A stretch of DNA of 29,655 nucleotides from a virus (lineage: Duplodnaviria > Caudoviricetes). Below the pieces are notes generated by a model. It ran no database searches. It was not told where the DNA came from and saw nothing but the letters and a program-made list of their open reading frames with translations. Below, one piece after another: positions 26,370 through 29,655 of the stretch. Location of the stretch: positions 1-29,655 of IMG/VR virus record IMGVR_UViG_3300007541_000126; one strand, written 5' to 3'. The position numbers and the translations under genes are program-made. Position 1 is the first letter of the stretch. Each line of letters starts with the position of its first letter.

Positions 26370-27083
26370 ATGGCAGATAAGACAGAAAAAAAAGATATTA
26401 AAGAATTAATTCAAAAAGAAGAAGCAAATTTAAACAATCTATTAAATCCAGAAGATTTAAATTCATTCAAGGGAATGGTAGATGAATTAAAAGATACTTG
26501 GAGCAAAAAACAAATGTTTAGAACAGAAACCGAAGCAAGGTTTTCTGTTTTACAAGACAATAGATACCCAACCAGAGCTGCTAAGTATTGGCAATGTGTA
26601 AGAGAACAATCTAGTTATTTAGATAATTTAATGGCTCTATCTTTTGATTATAGAAGAAATGAAGCAAAAATTAAATGGTTAGAGAAAAAAATAAAAACTG
26701 AAGAAGACGAATACAAAGCAACTAAATATGAAATTGATTTAGACGAAGCAAGATTTGCTAAAGCGTCTATGGAAAAAGTTGCGACACACAGAATGAGAGA
26801 AATTAAAATGTGGTCAAAACTTAAAAAAGAATTTGATGATGGTTCTTTTAATACACAAGATGTCAATCAACACCAATTAGATTCTTACAGAAAAGTATAT
26901 CAAAACAAAGCAAAAACATTAACTCAAGCGTCTTCCGATGCTGAAGTATTTAATGTATTAGGACAACTACAATCGATTGAAAGAATTATACAAACAGGTG
27001 AACTTCCTTATCAAGATGGTGGAAAATTACCAGGAGAAGAAAAGAAAGAGGAGCTTCCACAATACGGAAAACCAAATTCTTAA
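26370..27083 (+). CDS. coiled-coil hypothetical protein (KYWQCVREQ motif)
   Basis: 237 aa, helical and charged; between propellers and oxygenases. Confidence 0.85.
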   Translation: MADKTEKKDIKELIQKEEANLNNLLNPEDLNSFKGMVDELKDTWSKKQMFRTETEARFSVLQDNRYPTRAAKYWQCVREQSSYLDNLMALSFDYRRNEAKIKWLEKKIKTEEDEYKATKYEIDLDEARFAKASMEKVATHRMREIKMWSKLKKEFDDGSFNTQDVNQHQLDSYRKVYQNKAKTLTQASSDAEVFNVLGQLQSIERIIQTGELPYQDGGKLPGEEKKEELPQYGKPNS

Positions 27084-27092
27084 TACTTATAA

Positions 27093-27743
27093 ATGAAATT
27101 TGATTTTATCTTTTTAGGTCAATCTATTTTAAAGTACGAAACGCCTTTAGATGTGTTTGTTACTATTAATCAAATTTATGAACAAAAAAGAAATTCATTA
27201 TATCCAGCTAATGAACAATTAGTAGGTAAAATAATGAATGAGCATTCTCTTTTTTTTAATGGAGAAGATGAGTCTAAAATGAAAAGACATAACCATTTAC
27301 CTATGAATGTTACTAATTGGTTTATGGAAGTTTATAAACATTACTTACAATTTAATAAAATTAGAGAATTTAAATTGCATTTAAATTCTATTTGGGTAAA
27401 CGAAATGAAAGCTAATGAGTATAATCCAGTACATATTCATAGAGGAAACTTATTTACAGGTTTATCTTCGGTTATGATTTTAAAAAAACCATCTACTACT
27501 GGTGTAGAATATTCTGCAGCAGAAACACCTCAAAATGGTCAATTACAAATATTAGGATGCGCTAGTGGTCAATTTGCAAAAGTAGATTATCAACCGCCTA
27601 TGAATTTAAGAGATTTTTATGTTTTTCCTTATGATATGAGACATTGTGTGTATCCTTTTAATGGAACACAAGAAACAAGAAGAACATTAGCAGCTAATTG
27701 TGACGTATTATATGATCCAATTAGAAATAGAGGAGTAATATGA
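27093..27743 (+). CDS. putative 2OG-Fe(II) oxygenase, HxH type
   Basis: WVN...EYNPVHIH, LSSV, VFP...HCVYPF, RRTLAAN. Confidence 0.85.
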   Translation: MKFDFIFLGQSILKYETPLDVFVTINQIYEQKRNSLYPANEQLVGKIMNEHSLFFNGEDESKMKRHNHLPMNVTNWFMEVYKHYLQFNKIREFKLHLNSIWVNEMKANEYNPVHIHRGNLFTGLSSVMILKKPSTTGVEYSAAETPQNGQLQILGCASGQFAKVDYQPPMNLRDFYVFPYDMRHCVYPFNGTQETRRTLAANCDVLYDPIRNRGVI

Positions 27744-28318
27744 TTATAACAGAACCAAGTTGGAAATCATTGGTTGTAGAAACAACAACACCTATTTTTA
27801 CTAAAGAACAATGTCAATTAATTATTGCAGCTGGTCAATCGGAACCAAAACAACAAGCAGAAGTAGGAGGAAGTCATAAGGGAGCAGTAGATACCAAAAC
27901 AAGAACTTCTCATATTAGTTGGATTCCCTTTAATAAAATGCCTGAAATGTATAAAGCTATTGAACAAATAATGCTCAAAACCAACGGTAATCATTTTGGT
28001 TTTGATGGAATGAGAATTACAGAACCTGCTCAATACACAGAGTATCCTTCGGGAGGATTTTATGATTGGCATATTGATTCGGATATTAATTGTAAACACC
28101 AACCACCTGTTAGAAAAATATCAATGACTTGTTTATTATCAGATGAATCTGAATTTGAAGGAGGAGGATTAGAATTAATGTCAGATGGAAATATTGTAAA
28201 ACCAAAACAAGGACAAGCTATCTTTTTTGCATCCTTTATTAGACATAGAGTAATACCTATTACAAAAGGTATTAGAAAATCATTAGTTATGTGGTTTGGA
28301 GGGCCTTCTTTTAAATGA
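27740..28318 (+). CDS. prolyl-4-hydroxylase-like 2OG-Fe(II) oxygenase
   Basis: FYDWHID (HxD), RKISM, FEGGGL, HRVIP, RKSLV.W. Confidence 0.9.
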   Translation: MIITEPSWKSLVVETTTPIFTKEQCQLIIAAGQSEPKQQAEVGGSHKGAVDTKTRTSHISWIPFNKMPEMYKAIEQIMLKTNGNHFGFDGMRITEPAQYTEYPSGGFYDWHIDSDINCKHQPPVRKISMTCLLSDESEFEGGGLELMSDGNIVKPKQGQAIFFASFIRHRVIPITKGIRKSLVMWFGGPSFK

Positions 28319-28905
28319 ATCGAGAATTATTTTTTCCCACACCTATTTATATTAAAGATGTAGGTAACGCTGCATTTAATAAAAAATTAGAACAAGATAT
28401 TATTGCTTGGTCTAATAAAGATAGAGGAATACAAAGAACCAATGTTAATGGGTGGCATTCTCCATCTACTATGGCAGATTTTCCTGAGTATAAAGAATTA
28501 GTTGATATATTATTTCAAGCACAAAGAGAGATATATAAAGAAGAATATTTAGATTCAGAACCATTTTTAGGTAATATGTGGGCAAACATTAATCCTCCAG
28601 GAGGTTTTAATAGAACTCATATTCATCCTAATTCATTATGGTCAGGAGTTTATTATGTTAAAACTCCTCCTAATTGTGGACATTTAAAATTAGAAGATCC
28701 TAGATCAGTTGCATTAATGACCAGACCTAGACAAGTGCCAGGACAACAGCCAGACCGTTTATGGAGAGAAGTACACTATGAACCTATTGCTGGAAGACTT
28801 ATTATGTTTCCTTCTTGGTTACATCATTGTGTAGATCCCAATCATTCTAATGATATAAGAATATCCGTATCTTTTAATTTTATGCAAAAATGTTATGTTG
28901 TTTAA
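28315..28905 (+). CDS. 2OG-Fe(II) oxygenase, TIGR02466-like
   Basis: LFFPTPIY, WANIN..GGFN..HIHPNS..SGVYYV, MFPSWLHHCV.PN, RISVSFN. Confidence 0.9.
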   Translation: MNRELFFPTPIYIKDVGNAAFNKKLEQDIIAWSNKDRGIQRTNVNGWHSPSTMADFPEYKELVDILFQAQREIYKEEYLDSEPFLGNMWANINPPGGFNRTHIHPNSLWSGVYYVKTPPNCGHLKLEDPRSVALMTRPRQVPGQQPDRLWREVHYEPIAGRLIMFPSWLHHCVDPNHSNDIRISVSFNFMQKCYVV

Positions 28906-29545
28906 TCAAAATAAATATCAAGTGATCAAACAAGCTATTCCTTATGAATTAGCTAATTTTTGTTTTAATTATTTTCTATTAAAAAGAGATGCTGTTCAGT
29001 TTATGTACAATAATAACATTGTAGCAGAGTCTCCTATTTTGGGAACATGGAAAGATCAACAAGTTCCTAATGTTTATTCGCATTATGCCGATTTTGTTAT
29101 GGAAACTTTATTAGTCAAAGTATTACCGATTATGATGGAACAAACAAAATTAAATTTAGTTCCAACTTATTCTTACGCGCGCGTGTACGAGAAAGGATCT
29201 ATTTTAAAAAGACATAAAGATAGACCTAGTTGTGAAATATCTACTACGCTTAATTTAGGTGGAGATCCGTGGCCAATCTTTATTGACCCAACAGGATCTA
29301 ATAATGTCATTGATGAATATAAAAATATTATGAAACCAAATGCACCAGCAGGTGTTAAAGTAGATTTGGCCCCTGGAGATATGTTAGTATACTCTGGATG
29401 CGAATTAGAGCATTGGAGAGAAGAGTTTCAAGGCAATCTTTGTGGTCAAGTATTTTTACACTACAATCACAAAAACGGTCAGTTTGCTGAACAAAATAAA
29501 TTTGATAAAAGAGCTATGTTAGGCTTACCTTCTGGTATCAAGTAA
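28895..29545 (+). CDS. 2OG-Fe(II) oxygenase-like phage protein
   Basis: PTYSYARVY, LKRHKDRPSCEIS (HxD), GDMLVY.G...EHWRE, QVFLHY. Confidence 0.82.
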   Translation: MLFNQNKYQVIKQAIPYELANFCFNYFLLKRDAVQFMYNNNIVAESPILGTWKDQQVPNVYSHYADFVMETLLVKVLPIMMEQTKLNLVPTYSYARVYEKGSILKRHKDRPSCEISTTLNLGGDPWPIFIDPTGSNNVIDEYKNIMKPNAPAGVKVDLAPGDMLVYSGCELEHWREEFQGNLCGQVFLHYNHKNGQFAEQNKFDKRAMLGLPSGIK

Positions 29546-29582
29546 GCTATACTAAGCGCTATATATAGTTTAAAATGTCGTT

Positions 29583-29655
29583 ATGGCATTAACAAAGATT
29601 CCATTTCAACCAGGTTTTAATAAACAAATAACAGATACCCAAGCAGAAAATGTAT
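29583..29655 (+). CDS. 5' fragment of a probable tail nozzle/stabilisation protein (MALTKIPFQPGFNKQITDTQAENV...)
   Basis: Hand-translated; runs off the window; F.PGFNKQ.T N-terminus recalled from podoviral nozzle-like proteins. Confidence 0.5.
   Translation, partial: MALTKIPFQPGFNKQITDTQAENV

Noticed and set aside
2166-28102. All minus-strand ORFs and nested alternate-frame ORFs in the track (e.g. 2388..2795, 21008..21418, 4434..4664, 9327..9545)
   Set aside because: They are shadows of well-supported + strand genes, with no SD or recognisable motifs
27093-29545. TET/JBP or AlkB-type DNA-modifying oxygenases
   Set aside because: Motifs fit P4H-like and TIGR02466-like families, and the context is tail genes with no nucleotide-modification partners; not excluded without a profile search

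Overview
AT-rich tailed dsDNA phage DNA with every credible gene on the + strand. The window is the late (morphogenesis) region of a P22-like podovirus, in the style of uncultured aquatic SAR11-type phages (host is inference only). Order: end of an early region; non-coding hairpin junction; terminase large subunit; cluster of putative internal virion/ejection proteins; portal; micro-ORFs and a holin-like gene; a methyltransferase plus glycosyltransferase insertion; GroES; scaffold; major capsid protein; M15 peptidase endolysin; head-tail adaptors; tail-fibre anchor; three paralogous 12-blade (2x6) Kelch-like beta-propeller proteins; a coiled-coil protein; four different 2OG-Fe(II) oxygenases; start of a probable tail nozzle gene. 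Most notable: (1) the propeller-triplet/oxygenase-quartet cassette, a candidate receptor-binding and post-translational modification system; (2) a shared basic K-x-GG / KA-x-x-G tag on about 9 otherwise unrelated proteins; (3) unannotated micro-ORFs, including a capsid N-terminus mimic and an ArfA-like peptide. No tRNA, rRNA, CRISPR array, integrase or reverse transcriptase was seen. All family calls are by motif recognition, not by database search.
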